This document shows, piece after piece, positions 9,954 through 19,771 of a stretch of 64,000 nucleotides of DNA. The DNA comes from a virus (lineage: Duplodnaviria; Caudoviricetes), in IMG/VR virus record IMGVR_UViG_3300021399_000102, positions 1 to 64,000 of that record. One strand, given 5' to 3'. Made by a program: the position numbers and the translations under genes. The notes under the pieces were generated by a model. That model was not told the origin of the DNA. It saw only the letters and a program-made list of their open reading frames with translations, and ran no database searches. Numbering within the stretch: the first letter of the stretch is position 1; the number at the start of each line of letters is the position of its first letter.

Positions 9954-10903
9954 TAAAGCTTGAAAGCAAGAACCCTTCTGGGACATGCCATGTCATATTT
10001 CCAAATGATTGCATATGCACGCTAAAGGCGAAACTTGTTCCACATGCAGACCTCATAATTGCAGATCCACCATACTACAAGGTGGTTGGCGAGAAGTGGG
10101 ACTACCAATGGCGAACCGAGCAAGACTACATTGATTGGTCTGTCCAATGGCTTTCTGCAGCACACGATATGCTCAGGATTGGCGGTTCGATGTACTTGTT
10201 TGGGTACTTTAGAACATTGGCGTTGCTCTTGCCAAAGTTGAAGGAGATTGGATTCTCTCTCCGTCAGCAAATTGTCATTGACAAGGGCATGAAGGCTGTT
10301 GCTGGAAGGGCAACAAAGAACTACAAGATATTCCCTTGCACAACTGAATCAGTATTGCTGCTCATGAAAGACAACATACAGTTCTCCAGGAAGTTTCTCA
10401 AAGGCAGACAAGAGAAGTTGGGATTGACATCAAAGGAGATTAACGAGGCGTTGGGTGTGAAGTCCAATGGTGGTGGGATGTGGTCTATCTACACAGGGAA
10501 CAACGTTTGCGAACAATTCCCTACGAGGGAGATATGGGAGAAGTTGGAGAAGGTGTTGAAGTTCGACTTGGAATACGACCAGATAGCCCAAACCTTCCAT
10601 CCCCAAATGGGATTGACTGACGTTTGGACTGACATTGATTTCTATTCTGAGAAGCGTTGGCATCCTACACAAAAGCCACTGAAATTGATTGAAAGGTTGA
10701 TTGCCACTTCATCCAATCCATTTGACAAGGTTATTGATCCATTTGGGGGATCTGGCTCCACCTTGATGGCTTCAGAGAAGTTGGACAGACAGGCTTTCAT
10801 AATAGAGCAAGACGAGAAGTATGTTAAGGCGATGATTGAACGCTTTACCTCTGAGACCGGAAATGGTATAATTGAAGTTGAAAGGATAACCAACAATGGC
10901 TGA
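9950..10903 (+). CDS. DNA amino-methyltransferase (N6A/N4C, beta class) with internal HTH-like insertion
   Basis: DPPY near the N-terminus; HPTQKP and DPFGGSGST near the C-terminus. Confidence 0.88.
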   Translation: MIKLESKNPSGTCHVIFPNDCICTLKAKLVPHADLIIADPPYYKVVGEKWDYQWRTEQDYIDWSVQWLSAAHDMLRIGGSMYLFGYFRTLALLLPKLKEIGFSLRQQIVIDKGMKAVAGRATKNYKIFPCTTESVLLLMKDNIQFSRKFLKGRQEKLGLTSKEINEALGVKSNGGGMWSIYTGNNVCEQFPTREIWEKLEKVLKFDLEYDQIAQTFHPQMGLTDVWTDIDFYSEKRWHPTQKPLKLIERLIATSSNPFDKVIDPFGGSGSTLMASEKLDRQAFIIEQDEKYVKAMIERFTSETGNGIIEVERITNNG

Positions 10904-11180
10904 AATGACAGAAGATGAGAAGAGGATTGTAAAGAAGTGGCAACCCATATTGGAGAAGTGTGGAAACCTCGCCACCAACGAGCAAATGACATTCCTTGCA
11001 AACACATTGGAGGCACTTCGTCAAAAGGCGATTGACTCCAGTGGAAACGATATGACACTTGCCCTTGGCGACACATTGAATGTGGCAAACCCCACAAACA
11101 CCAATAGGCTTGTCATTTCCTATGATCCTGCTGGGGAGTTAAAGGTTACGTGCCAGCACAAGGGTTGGATTGACGATTGA
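10896..11180 (+). CDS. Small protein resembling the N-terminal segment of gp23-type capsid proteins
   Basis: KKWQPILE...LANTLE; overlaps the upstream stop. Confidence 0.55.
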   Translation: MAEMTEDEKRIVKKWQPILEKCGNLATNEQMTFLANTLEALRQKAIDSSGNDMTLALGDTLNVANPTNTNRLVISYDPAGELKVTCQHKGWIDD

Positions 11181-11217
11181 TTCAATCCTGTCATTCTTGG
11201 AAATGAGTCAAACCCCC

Positions 11218-11247
11218 TTGACAACCCAAGGGGGTTTGTGCTATGAT
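11218..11247 (+). promoter_or_regulatory. Sigma70-like promoter overlapped by a 12-bp inverted repeat
   Basis: TTGACA-18 nt-TATGAT; inverted repeat 11209-11220/11227-11238. Confidence 0.65.
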
Positions 11248-11273
11248 ATATGTGTTAGGAGGATATTGGATTT

Positions 11274-11450
11274 ATGTATCATTACGATCCCAATTCAGAA
11301 GACACCCGGCTTGAAATGGAGTACGAGGATTACCTGGAGGAGCAATACCAAGCATATCTTGACCGGCAGGTTGAGGACTGTGTATACAACAACATTATCA
11401 TTCCGCAGTATTTAGATGACTTGGATGCGTCGTTGGCGAACCCCCATTGA
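11274..11450 (+). CDS. Small acidic hypothetical protein, 58 aa (not in ORF track)
   Basis: AGGAGG SD; MYHYDPNSEDTRLEMEYEDYLEEQY...; TGA stop. Confidence 0.6.
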   Translation: MYHYDPNSEDTRLEMEYEDYLEEQYQAYLDRQVEDCVYNNIIIPQYLDDLDASLANPH

Positions 11451-11476
11451 CAACCGGAATCCAAATATGATATAAT
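11447..11476 (+). promoter_or_regulatory. Sigma70-like promoter
   Basis: TTGACA-18 nt-TATAAT with TG extension. Confidence 0.75.
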
Positions 11477-11510
11477 ATACTTGTAGTGAGAAGAAGCAAA
11501 GGAGTAGACC

Positions 11511-11933
11511 ATGATTGAATACAACAGAATATTCGACCGGAACGCCCATACCACAGATGTGGGAGAATTGCTCATGACTCTGTTTGACCGAAACAACACC
11601 CTTGCCGACAAGCGCAAGGTGTGGAAGCAGTGGAGGGACGAATACTTCTCCAATGACGCGCTCATTGAGTTCTTCTCCGACTCCCTGTTCGCCGATGGCA
11701 AGTCCAACTATTTGGACGCAATTCTCAAATGCGAGTACAAGAACTTCTACGAGTTGGCTTGCACCCTCGACCTTTCTGGCATAGATCCCCGGGCATATTA
11801 CGTCTATTGGATTCTGTGCTATGGTCACAAGTATGAAACAGGCTATCTCAAGGAGGCTCTTGAATATGACCCGGACACAATCAAGGGAATGTTCCCTGAC
11901 ATTGAGCAGGTAATCATGAACGAGGGAGCTTGA
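11511..11933 (+). CDS. Hypothetical protein
   Basis: AAGGAG SD and promoter upstream. Confidence 0.75.
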   Translation: MIEYNRIFDRNAHTTDVGELLMTLFDRNNTLADKRKVWKQWRDEYFSNDALIEFFSDSLFADGKSNYLDAILKCEYKNFYELACTLDLSGIDPRAYYVYWILCYGHKYETGYLKEALEYDPDTIKGMFPDIEQVIMNEGA

Positions 11934-11934
11934 C

Positions 11935-12162
11935 ATGATAAATCGGTTCAACAACTACATTCTAAACAGAATCAAGGTTGCCATCATCGGCTTTTGCTGG
12001 CTAATCCCGTTTCATGTTCCGTGGGAATCACTGCCAAACGCCCCGATTGGTGGCAAGTTGATTTCTGCAATCATGATATGGGCAATCTGGAGTTTCATGG
12101 TGATGATTGTGGAACTGAAAGAGGATTGCGGAAAAGTAAATACATCTAAACGAGGGAATTGA
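11935..12162 (+). CDS. Small membrane protein
   Basis: Two hydrophobic segments; GGGAG SD. Confidence 0.55.
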   Translation: MINRFNNYILNRIKVAIIGFCWLIPFHVPWESLPNAPIGGKLISAIMIWAIWSFMVMIVELKEDCGKVNTSKRGN

Positions 12163-12198
12163 CAATGGAACGAGGATTTTGAAATAGGTGGTTTGAAC

Positions 12199-13200
12199 AT
12201 GAAGTGGAATAAATTGTATTAGGGAAAGGCAATCCTGTCTGAAAAGACAATACCATCTGACGAAGAAACCATAATGGCATCTTTCGGGCATGATGTAAGC
12301 GAATAGAAGTTCTCCCCTTCCAGGGAGTTTCTCAGGGTTGCCTATGGCATCTTCAACGACAGGTTCTTCAGAGGAAAGCTCCCAGAGGGCATTTAGTTTC
12401 AAGTGAAGACCCAACCTACGAAGTCCTATATTGGCTTGGCTTCCTACATGTATGATAGGAGAATGGACAAGGTATGGGCGACTTCAGTAACGTTGAATGG
12501 GTCAAGAACCCTCACTTTGCACGAATGGCTTGAGGTTGTTCTCCACGAAATGATACACGTTCTGGACTATGAAACAAACCCCCAGCACTTTGTTGGATAT
12601 ATGCGCCACGGCTATGACGTACATGGCTATTGGTTCTTGACAGAGGGCGAGAAATACACCAAGTATGGCTTCCACGTTCAGAAGTATTGCAAAGCTGACA
12701 TTGGCGTGAATACGGACGATTCCAAGGTGAAGAACAGAATCGGCAATTCGGTGTTCCTGTACATGAAGGGAACAGGACGTCCTCTCATAATGAAGATGTC
12801 AAGAAAGAACTTGGACAGGAACTTGGACTACATAACATCCAGGATGGGAAAGCCTTGGAGTACGTTTGGACAAGGTGTCAAGGAGATTCAGATAATGACA
12901 AGCGAGAACCCAAAGATTTCCTTGTTGCGTGACTTGAGGATGCGAGACAGCACGTCCAGAATATCCTGGTGGTGGTTCGACGACGATTTCAACAAGAAGT
13001 ATGGGCCATTCGAGGTTGAGGACACAGTGAAGGTCTTGAGCGCGAAGAACAAGGTCAATGAAGAGGACTTGGAAAGCAAGCCAGAGGAAGTTGAGCCAGA
13101 GACGCCAGAAGAGGTCATCGACGAGATTGAAGACAAGATTGACGGCGTTGAGGACGTGAAGGAAATTTCTGACGACAAGTTCGTTGTTTCAATTCAATGA
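12199..13200 (+). CDS. SprT-like zinc metalloprotease, 333 aa with 3 in-frame TAG
   Basis: Read-through of TAG at 12220, 12304 and 12394 restores the SprT N-terminus (FNDRFFRGKLP); LHEMIH...HG motif; MKWNKLY leader; GTAAATA at 12136. Confidence 0.8.
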
Positions 13201-13215
13201 TGGAGATACGAGAAA

Positions 13216-13467
13216 ATGCAAATATACACTACAACAATAATGAATACATCGGCTAAAATTATAGCCCCTGATAGAATGGAATGCAAGTCTTTCAAGACAT
13301 TTGACTCTGCTGTTGAATACTTGATAGACTTCCTTGTAGACGAGGGCATTATCGAGATGTCTGGCGTTCCAGATGCTGAGAGATTTTTGCGTGATCATCA
13401 TGCCATGCATGTCTATACTGCAGATATGGAACTTCACATTGAAGAGAACGAGCTTTGCGAGTGGTGA
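13216..13467 (+). CDS. Hypothetical protein
   Basis: GGAGA SD; operon position. Confidence 0.6.
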   Translation: MQIYTTTIMNTSAKIIAPDRMECKSFKTFDSAVEYLIDFLVDEGIIEMSGVPDAERFLRDHHAMHVYTADMELHIEENELCEW

Positions 13468-13483
13468 GAAGAGGATTGGCAAG

Positions 13484-14011
13484 ATGGTTGTGATGCGAAA
13501 TGGATTTTTGCGTCAGGGGTTGATTGACCTCATAGACTGGCTGCCATACAACAACATCAAGATGATTGAGGTTGGCAGTTATGCTGGAGAAAGCGCAGAC
13601 TTGTTCGCCCAATCCCCCAAGATACAGCAACTTTGGTGCATAGACCCTTGGATGCCCGGATATGATTCAACCGATGTCGCTTCCTCATCTGACTTCAATG
13701 AGGTGGAACATGCATTTGACTTGGTTGCTCAGAAGCACCAAAACAAGATACGGAAGTTCAAGGGAATGTTGAAGGATTTTCAGAGCAAGTTTCCAAACGA
13801 TGTTCCTGACTTCATCTACATAGACGCAAACCACACATACGATGGATGCAAGTCAGATATCCAAACTGCCCTTCTTTGGAAGGATGTTCCAATCATTGGC
13901 GGACACGACTACGCAAATTGGTGTCCTGGGGTGATTCAAGCTGTTGATGAGATTTTTGGAAAGCCAACCAAGACATTTGCTGATTCGTCTTGGGTCAAAG
14001 CTTATGGATGA
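13484..14011 (+). CDS. Class I SAM-dependent methyltransferase (Methyltransf_24-like)
   Basis: IEVGSYAGES, CIDPW, DFIYIDANHTY, GGHDY. Confidence 0.82.
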   Translation: MVVMRNGFLRQGLIDLIDWLPYNNIKMIEVGSYAGESADLFAQSPKIQQLWCIDPWMPGYDSTDVASSSDFNEVEHAFDLVAQKHQNKIRKFKGMLKDFQSKFPNDVPDFIYIDANHTYDGCKSDIQTALLWKDVPIIGGHDYANWCPGVIQAVDEIFGKPTKTFADSSWVKAYG

Positions 14012-14456
14012 ACACATTGGTTCTGGTGTTTCCAAACTTGTGTTGGATTTTGCCAAGAACCACGTTCCAATCTCCACCCGCCAATCCACATCCAATCATG
14101 TATGGAAAGTGGAGGTCAAGCGAGAAGAAGTTTGTCAAGTCGTTCAACTTGTCCAAAATCTTGTCCCAAGCATTGTAGTCTGTCATCAATCCATTTCGTC
14201 CTGGATATATCTGACCAAAGCAATTCGCCACAACCAGGTTCTCTGAAACCAACGTATCTTGAACCCTTCCAAGTAGATTGCTTGGCTTGTCAGAGAACAA
14301 CTTGCATTCGTCGTTGTAGCACTTGAACACAACTGGCCACTTGTTTCTGATTTGCAAGGCTATCCCTGCGCCCATCGCTCCAACGCAATTCACTTGGTGG
14401 CAAATTATTCCAGACTTTACGTCCAGTAGGTTGGAGTTGTTGATTATCTCCACCAT
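13995..14456 (-). CDS. Macrodomain protein (Poa1p-like ADP-ribose processing)
   Basis: ICHQVNCVGAMGAGIA and PYMIGCGLAGGDW. Confidence 0.85.
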   Translation of the reverse strand: MVEIINNSNLLDVKSGIICHQVNCVGAMGAGIALQIRNKWPVVFKCYNDECKLFSDKPSNLLGRVQDTLVSENLVVANCFGQIYPGRNGLMTDYNAWDKILDKLNDLTNFFSLDLHFPYMIGCGLAGGDWNVVLGKIQHKFGNTRTNVFIHKL

Positions 14457-14463
14457 AAGGATT

Positions 14464-14727
14464 TCAACCTTCCCTTGGACACATCAAGATAGGAGCATAT
14501 TCACCCATGTATGGCAATGATCTGGCAGTATTATAACTTATCCAATCTTCAGCTTCCTCGTGGGTCATACCCTCTTTCATCAAGCATTCTGCAAACTTGT
14601 CAACGTCATAGATTAGGTGGTTGCTATCGTAGGTGATTCCCACGATTGCGTCTGCATATTGCTCTGGCTGGTCGCCAAGATAAAGGAGTTCTTCATTTAT
14701 GCTCTTGAGTTCTTCAAGGTCTATCAT
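14464..14727 (-). CDS. Hypothetical phage protein
   Basis: AAGGA SD; AIVGI...IYD...EEAEDWISYN. Confidence 0.7.
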   Translation of the reverse strand: MIDLEELKSINEELLYLGDQPEQYADAIVGITYDSNHLIYDVDKFAECLMKEGMTHEEAEDWISYNTARSLPYMGEYAPILMCPREG

Positions 14728-14745
14728 GGTTGGTTTCCTTTCTTT

Positions 14746-16131
14746 TTAGGGCAAGTTGAACCTCGCTTTGTCCACCGCGTAGTTCGCGGCTATCTCGGCG
14801 GACGTCAGGGCGCGGGAGTAGATACGAATTGCATACAATTCCCCAAGAGTGTGCCTTCCGCTCCAGAATGATAGCGACCCCATAGCCATCAACGCGAAGC
14901 GCCCTGTGGTTGTCATGGGGTTCGCATTGCCACTTGTCCCCGTTGCAAAATAAGACTTTCCATCCACGATGGAGGTGGAAGACATTGAACTGTCAGACCG
15001 CTTGACGACGCACAGATATGATGGGCTGGTTGCCACTAACGGTGCAGTTGTGCCATGTAATCCATACGTGAGTCCGTAAGTCCTCCAAGGCTCTCTTATT
15101 GCAGCCTTGCCTCCAAGGACAGGACATAGTATGCTAAGATTTTGGACATTAGATCCCTCATATAGTTGCGAAACAAGTGCACCCGCGTTGGTCTTCCTCA
15201 GATGTCTGACGACTCCCTCGATTGTGACATCTCCGCTATTGACTGCATTCACCAACGACTGTGGAACGCCACCTTTCGCCCCATAAAATCTTTGTAGTCT
15301 GCCATCATTGCAATAGATGCAATCATCCTTCCAGAAGAACTCGCTGTCAAAAGCACCTTGCTGATTAGTCAAGTCGAAACCGCTTGGTGATAGGTCTTTC
15401 CATACCATCGCGTTCGGGTCATGCAGACCTACGCCAGCATTCTCCTTGCCGTCCCACATGGCGATGAGTCCGTCCTGCACATACCTATTCGTCTCAATCG
15501 GTATCTTATCTGCGCCATAAAGGAATGATCCTGTTCCTTGGTTTCTGAATAGTTGCTTGGATACGCGGTCGTACATCGCGCCCTCGCTCTGACCGAGTTC
15601 GTTGGTGAAGCGCACGGGAATCATATCGCGGACGAGAACGCTGTTGGTGTAGTACGATAGGGACGCAATGCGAAAAGCCCCCGAAGAGACAAACGCATTA
15701 CCTAACAGTCGCCCGAAAAGAGCAAAATGGCTGGAAAAAATGCCACTCGCCATTGTGGGCGTGAAACGACTTCCTGCGATAGTGACATCCCCATTGGCGA
15801 CGTGGATATCCATCCATGTCTCGGATGGCACATCAACAGGGCCGCATAATGGGTCAAAAAACCTGACGGAACTTGAAGAAGCGGCGGTCCCCAGCGTGTA
15901 GTACTGAACGGACGTCGATGCATTCTGCGAGCCGCAAAACGAAGAGTATGGTCGTGTTGCAGACATTATCATCACGCGAATGTCAAACGAGTCGGATACT
16001 CGATCTGGGAATACTCCAGTGTCAATCCACTGTGCATTCGAGCTTTCCAAATACTCCACCTCCGCATCATACGGGAGCTTTTCATATTGGAACAATTGCG
16101 TATTTATGACATCTATGTTTGCGCTTCCCAT
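14746..16131 (-). CDS. Putative virion/lectin-fold protein (LamG/ConA-like domains)
   Basis: EYLES...WIDTG, RDMIPV...MYDRVS and C-terminal IRIYSRALTSAEI. Confidence 0.6.
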   Translation of the reverse strand: MGSANIDVINTQLFQYEKLPYDAEVEYLESSNAQWIDTGVFPDRVSDSFDIRVMIMSATRPYSSFCGSQNASTSVQYYTLGTAASSSSVRFFDPLCGPVDVPSETWMDIHVANGDVTIAGSRFTPTMASGIFSSHFALFGRLLGNAFVSSGAFRIASLSYYTNSVLVRDMIPVRFTNELGQSEGAMYDRVSKQLFRNQGTGSFLYGADKIPIETNRYVQDGLIAMWDGKENAGVGLHDPNAMVWKDLSPSGFDLTNQQGAFDSEFFWKDDCIYCNDGRLQRFYGAKGGVPQSLVNAVNSGDVTIEGVVRHLRKTNAGALVSQLYEGSNVQNLSILCPVLGGKAAIREPWRTYGLTYGLHGTTAPLVATSPSYLCVVKRSDSSMSSTSIVDGKSYFATGTSGNANPMTTTGRFALMAMGSLSFWSGRHTLGELYAIRIYSRALTSAEIAANYAVDKARFNLP

Positions 16132-16133
16132 GA

Positions 16134-16439
16134 TTACATCCCCTTGACCTTCGCCACGATGAAGTCTGTGTCGAATATCTTGTATTTCTTTCCCTCAAGT
16201 TCAATGTCAATCCCCAATGCCTCTGTCATGACGACATCCCCAACCTTCAGGGAAATCTTCTTGAACTTGCCATCTCCCTTTACCCACTTGATCTTGTAGA
16301 GCTTGAGGTTGTCCTTTGACAACCTATTGTCAATCTTGGTGGATGCCAGGAATGTGTTGCCAGAATCGACATTGCTGTCATCAGCGTTCCAGCATTCCTC
16401 GCATATTATCCTGTTGTTTCTGGTTATAGTCAAGTCCAT
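16134..16439 (-). CDS. GroES-like co-chaperonin (single domain)
   Basis: LKVGDVVM...GIDIELEGKKYKIFDTDFIVAKV C-terminus. Confidence 0.7.
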   Translation of the reverse strand: MDLTITRNNRIICEECWNADDSNVDSGNTFLASTKIDNRLSKDNLKLYKIKWVKGDGKFKKISLKVGDVVMTEALGIDIELEGKKYKIFDTDFIVAKVKGM

Positions 16440-16441
16440 AG

Positions 16442-17041
16442 TCAGTCGTTGACCTTCGCTATGATTGCGTTTGTCCTGTAGATCAGAATTGGCTTTGTTG
16501 GATCAAGGCTTGAATCTCCCTTGAAGCCATGCAGGGTGTCGTGTTCGTCCTTTGTGAGCAGAACCTTGTCCCCAACCTTGAATCCATATGTGTAGTCGTC
16601 GGTGTCCTCGTATTGCGGCGTTATGGACTTGATTACGCCGATGTGCATCTCGTCGGATGTTGGGATGACGAATCCACCCTTGCGTTCTTCTGAGTCATTG
16701 ACCTCCTGGACGATGCATCGTCCGCCCAATGCCCGGTACTTGGTCTTCTCTGGATTGGATTCCATTATCAATCCCTTGTACCTCAATACTGCTATTGGTT
16801 GCGTGTGGTAGAATGTGGATAGAGTGTCGTAGAACACCCAATCTCCCTCCTTCAAACCGGTTTCAGACTTCGCCTTGTCCCCAATCTTGACTATTTGCGC
16901 GAATCCCACTCTGAGGTTCCGAAGCGCGTCGTCACCAATCACGAAGCCAGACGACTTCGTTGACAATGTGTCGTTGTCCTTGATTCTAATCACCACGCAG
17001 TCTGAAGCTGGCTCTATGTTCTCGTTGTCAAAGTGAATCAT
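16442..17041 (-). CDS. Tandem two-domain GroES-like co-chaperonin
   Basis: Two GroES repeats (IEPASDCVVI..SSGFVI..LKEGDWVFY and RALGGRCIV..KGGFVIP..FKVGDKVLL); start placed behind AGGAAGGA. Confidence 0.75.
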   Translation of the reverse strand: MIHFDNENIEPASDCVVIRIKDNDTLSTKSSGFVIGDDALRNLRVGFAQIVKIGDKAKSETGLKEGDWVFYDTLSTFYHTQPIAVLRYKGLIMESNPEKTKYRALGGRCIVQEVNDSEERKGGFVIPTSDEMHIGVIKSITPQYEDTDDYTYGFKVGDKVLLTKDEHDTLHGFKGDSSLDPTKPILIYRTNAIIAKVND

Positions 17042-17188
17042 CTTTCGTATATCCTTCCTGATTTCCCTATTCAATTATACGAGAACGCGCCTTCCCAACA
17101 AAGGAAGCGCGTCTGGTTCTTGTCGATGTGCCATGTTACACTTGTCGCAAATCTCTGATAGGAAGAATTCGCGTTAGCTTGTTAACAT

Positions 17189-17911
17189 TTAACGAATCTC
17201 ATTGTCATAAACCCAATATTCACCATCATATCCATCATCTTCTGCGAATTCTGGATCACGGGAAATGAGATATTCGAACCCTGGTTCATCCATGAGACTT
17301 CTTGATTTACGAACAATCCAGCCATATTTGGGAAAGTCAGGGTCATTAACGGTCCGAATGAAATCGTCTGTTACTTCAACCTCTGCTCCCTTTTTGAACT
17401 TTGGTCTTTCTGATTCCTTGAACATCAATATCTTGCCTTTGTTTGTCTTGAACAACTTGCCACTTTCTGACACATATTCAAGCTTGCCATACTTGTTCTT
17501 GAAGTAGTTGCTTTTTTCAAAAGACTCCTTCGTTATGTTCAGTCTCTTTATTTTAGGTTGCCTCTTTGTGGATTCAAAGCTCTTGCGCCCAGTAGCAATT
17601 CGTTCCATATCGTTGAGATAGGAATTTTTAAGGACATCAATACCTTCTTCTGTAATGTGATATTCGTTGTTCTTTCTGTCATATTCTATCAGACCAGCAA
17701 TCTTTAGTGCGGCGAACATGTCTGAATATTGTCCCTTGCCAAAATTATTGCTGCCTATTCCATGCAGAACGTCCATTTTCGTGCAACCATCGTGGTCTCC
17801 AATGTACTTCAGAATCTGAACATACCGTTTGTCTGAAGTTGCTCCCTTGAAACCGCTCTTGCCCATTCCTGCAAGAAACCATGCTCCACTTTCATCATAT
17901 TGTCTTTTCAT
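17189..17911 (-). CDS. Winged-helix protein carrying a module shared with 34967-36130
   Basis: wHTH-like ALKIAGLIEY...YHITEEG; internal LNITK.....S.YF..KYG.L.YVSESGKLFKT.KG. Confidence 0.65.
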   Translation of the reverse strand: MKRQYDESGAWFLAGMGKSGFKGATSDKRYVQILKYIGDHDGCTKMDVLHGIGSNNFGKGQYSDMFAALKIAGLIEYDRKNNEYHITEEGIDVLKNSYLNDMERIATGRKSFESTKRQPKIKRLNITKESFEKSNYFKNKYGKLEYVSESGKLFKTNKGKILMFKESERPKFKKGAEVEVTDDFIRTVNDPDFPKYGWIVRKSRSLMDEPGFEYLISRDPEFAEDDGYDGEYWVYDNEIR

Positions 17912-17934
17912 AGTTTGTTTCCTCTATTGTCAAA

Positions 17935-19638
17935 TTACATTCCAAGTTTCTTGAGCTTCTCGTCAAGTTCCCTTGCGTCCAATGCCGTCCTTTGGTTGGT
18001 GGTTGCCAAGCCATCGTCTGTGACTTGGACGTATTCAACCACGGTTCCGGTACCCTCTGGTCCAACTGCTGGCCTGAACACAAGTTTCCACTTTCCACCC
18101 GTCTTGCTGTCAACGAACACTAACTTGTTCACGTCAAGTTCAATGTCGCCACTCATCTTGACAGAGGTGTTGTTGCCCATCGTGAAAATTGAGCCATCCT
18201 TGAGTTCAAGGGAAGCACCACTCTGAAGGGTCATCTTCGCCCCATTCGCAACATTGACCTTCGTGCCATCTTCAATGAACATGTTTGCGCCAATGTTCAT
18301 GGTTCCGTCAAACTCTGCAAGACCACGGGACTTCAATAGATTGTCCGTATCAACCACGTTGGATGCCACCGATGTAGTCACCAACTTGTCCACATTCATC
18401 TTGTTGATGTTGAACTTGTAAGCTTCCAATTCCGAGAACTTGCCCTTCTCTGCAACAAGGTTCTTGGTCAGGGTATTGCCATTGGAGTCAAGCCTATACA
18501 CGCCATTCTTTACTGCAAACCTCTTTGGCACGTTTGGATCAGAGTTCTCCATCGCATAGCAAATTGGATTGACGAGCTTCTGCACTGTCTCCCTTGCACA
18601 TTCATAGTTGTTTCTGTTGCGCAGGATTGCCGAAGTCACTGTGGCGTATGGGTCATAGCCATCCGAGGTTTCCGAGGAGTCTTCATACTCCTGAACCATC
18701 TCTCCCTTGTAGTCTTCCCAATCTTGGCGCGTGGTCAATTGGACGCCAGAAGTAACCTCGTCGTTCGCCAATTGGCTTATTGGGGTGACAGTGATGTTGT
18801 CTACGGCAAGCTTGGAGTTGTCCAATATGAGGTTGGAATCCTCTATCGTCACGTTTCCTTGGAACAACGAATCGACCCCAGGCTTGACAACGAAGCAAGT
18901 GTCGTGCCTCACTCCACTTCCACCAATTTCGAGACACTGGAACCTGTTGTTTCTGGTGGAGGAGATTATGCCCTCGTTGGCAACCAGCTCACCACCTTCC
19001 ACTGTCAATGCGGCTCCATTCACCCCGACACCTCTCACAAACAAGCTTGTGTTGAGGGTTGCCTTTCCATTCACAATGATGTCCTTCACGGTCAATGCCT
19101 TTGCCACGTTGAGGTTCAACGCCGCCATCTTCTCCATCAAGAGGTTGTTGGTCTTCACTGTGTCTGCGAATATCGTTTGACCAATCAATTCGTTTGTGAC
19201 TTGGAGGTTCTTGGATTGAATCAAGGTGGCAACACCCTTCTTCATTGACACCTCTGAGGATACAAGCTTCTCAAGGCTCATGTCAAACGTATCTGCGATT
19301 ATCTTCCTGGCATCTACGTCCCACTTCGCTGCTGAATCCCCAAGCACGAGCCTTTGACCGGCTTGAATCGTCTCTGACCCAACATAGGCTGAGTTGTAGG
19401 TGGTCTCCATCCCAATGAGTGTCCTGCCCTTGTTGAATTGCGCTCCCTCCAGGAAATCTACTGCCTTCTTGAAGGAAACGCCAGTGTTGTTGGCATGTAG
19501 AATTGGATCCCCGCTTGCCACTACTGAAAGCCCATTCGTGATGGTCTTTCCCTGCACGTCCAAGTTGCCCTCTATCGTCATGCTGCCATGGATGGTTGGG
19601 TTCGCATCCAAAAGTTCGCTTTCGTCACTGCTAATCAT
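17935..19638 (-). CDS. Beta-strand-rich putative virion fibre/spike protein
   Basis: Repetitive short beta-strand pattern; GTAAATA upstream; neighbours fibre genes. Confidence 0.55.
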   Translation of the reverse strand: MISSDESELLDANPTIHGSMTIEGNLDVQGKTITNGLSVVASGDPILHANNTGVSFKKAVDFLEGAQFNKGRTLIGMETTYNSAYVGSETIQAGQRLVLGDSAAKWDVDARKIIADTFDMSLEKLVSSEVSMKKGVATLIQSKNLQVTNELIGQTIFADTVKTNNLLMEKMAALNLNVAKALTVKDIIVNGKATLNTSLFVRGVGVNGAALTVEGGELVANEGIISSTRNNRFQCLEIGGSGVRHDTCFVVKPGVDSLFQGNVTIEDSNLILDNSKLAVDNITVTPISQLANDEVTSGVQLTTRQDWEDYKGEMVQEYEDSSETSDGYDPYATVTSAILRNRNNYECARETVQKLVNPICYAMENSDPNVPKRFAVKNGVYRLDSNGNTLTKNLVAEKGKFSELEAYKFNINKMNVDKLVTTSVASNVVDTDNLLKSRGLAEFDGTMNIGANMFIEDGTKVNVANGAKMTLQSGASLELKDGSIFTMGNNTSVKMSGDIELDVNKLVFVDSKTGGKWKLVFRPAVGPEGTGTVVEYVQVTDDGLATTNQRTALDARELDEKLKKLGM

Positions 19639-19682
19639 TGTATCTTCTCTCGTATGATGCTAAGATGTGGTTTGTCACGTAT

Positions 19683-19744
19683 TATTTACCACAGAAGTCA
19701 AAGAATCTTCGTGGGGATTCAATTTCCCTTGATTATTGTAAATA
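19683..19744. promoter_or_regulatory. Back-to-back putative late promoters (GTAAATA on each strand)
   Basis: TATTTAC 19683-19689 and GTAAATA 19738-19744 between divergent genes. Confidence 0.65.
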
Positions 19745-19771
19745 CAGATGGCAGTATTGAAAATAAGGTAC

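Noticed and set aside
14746-16131. Host assignment from this protein and the YceK-like lipoprotein
   Set aside because: The lipoprotein hints at a diderm host, but no specific taxon can be supported without database searches.
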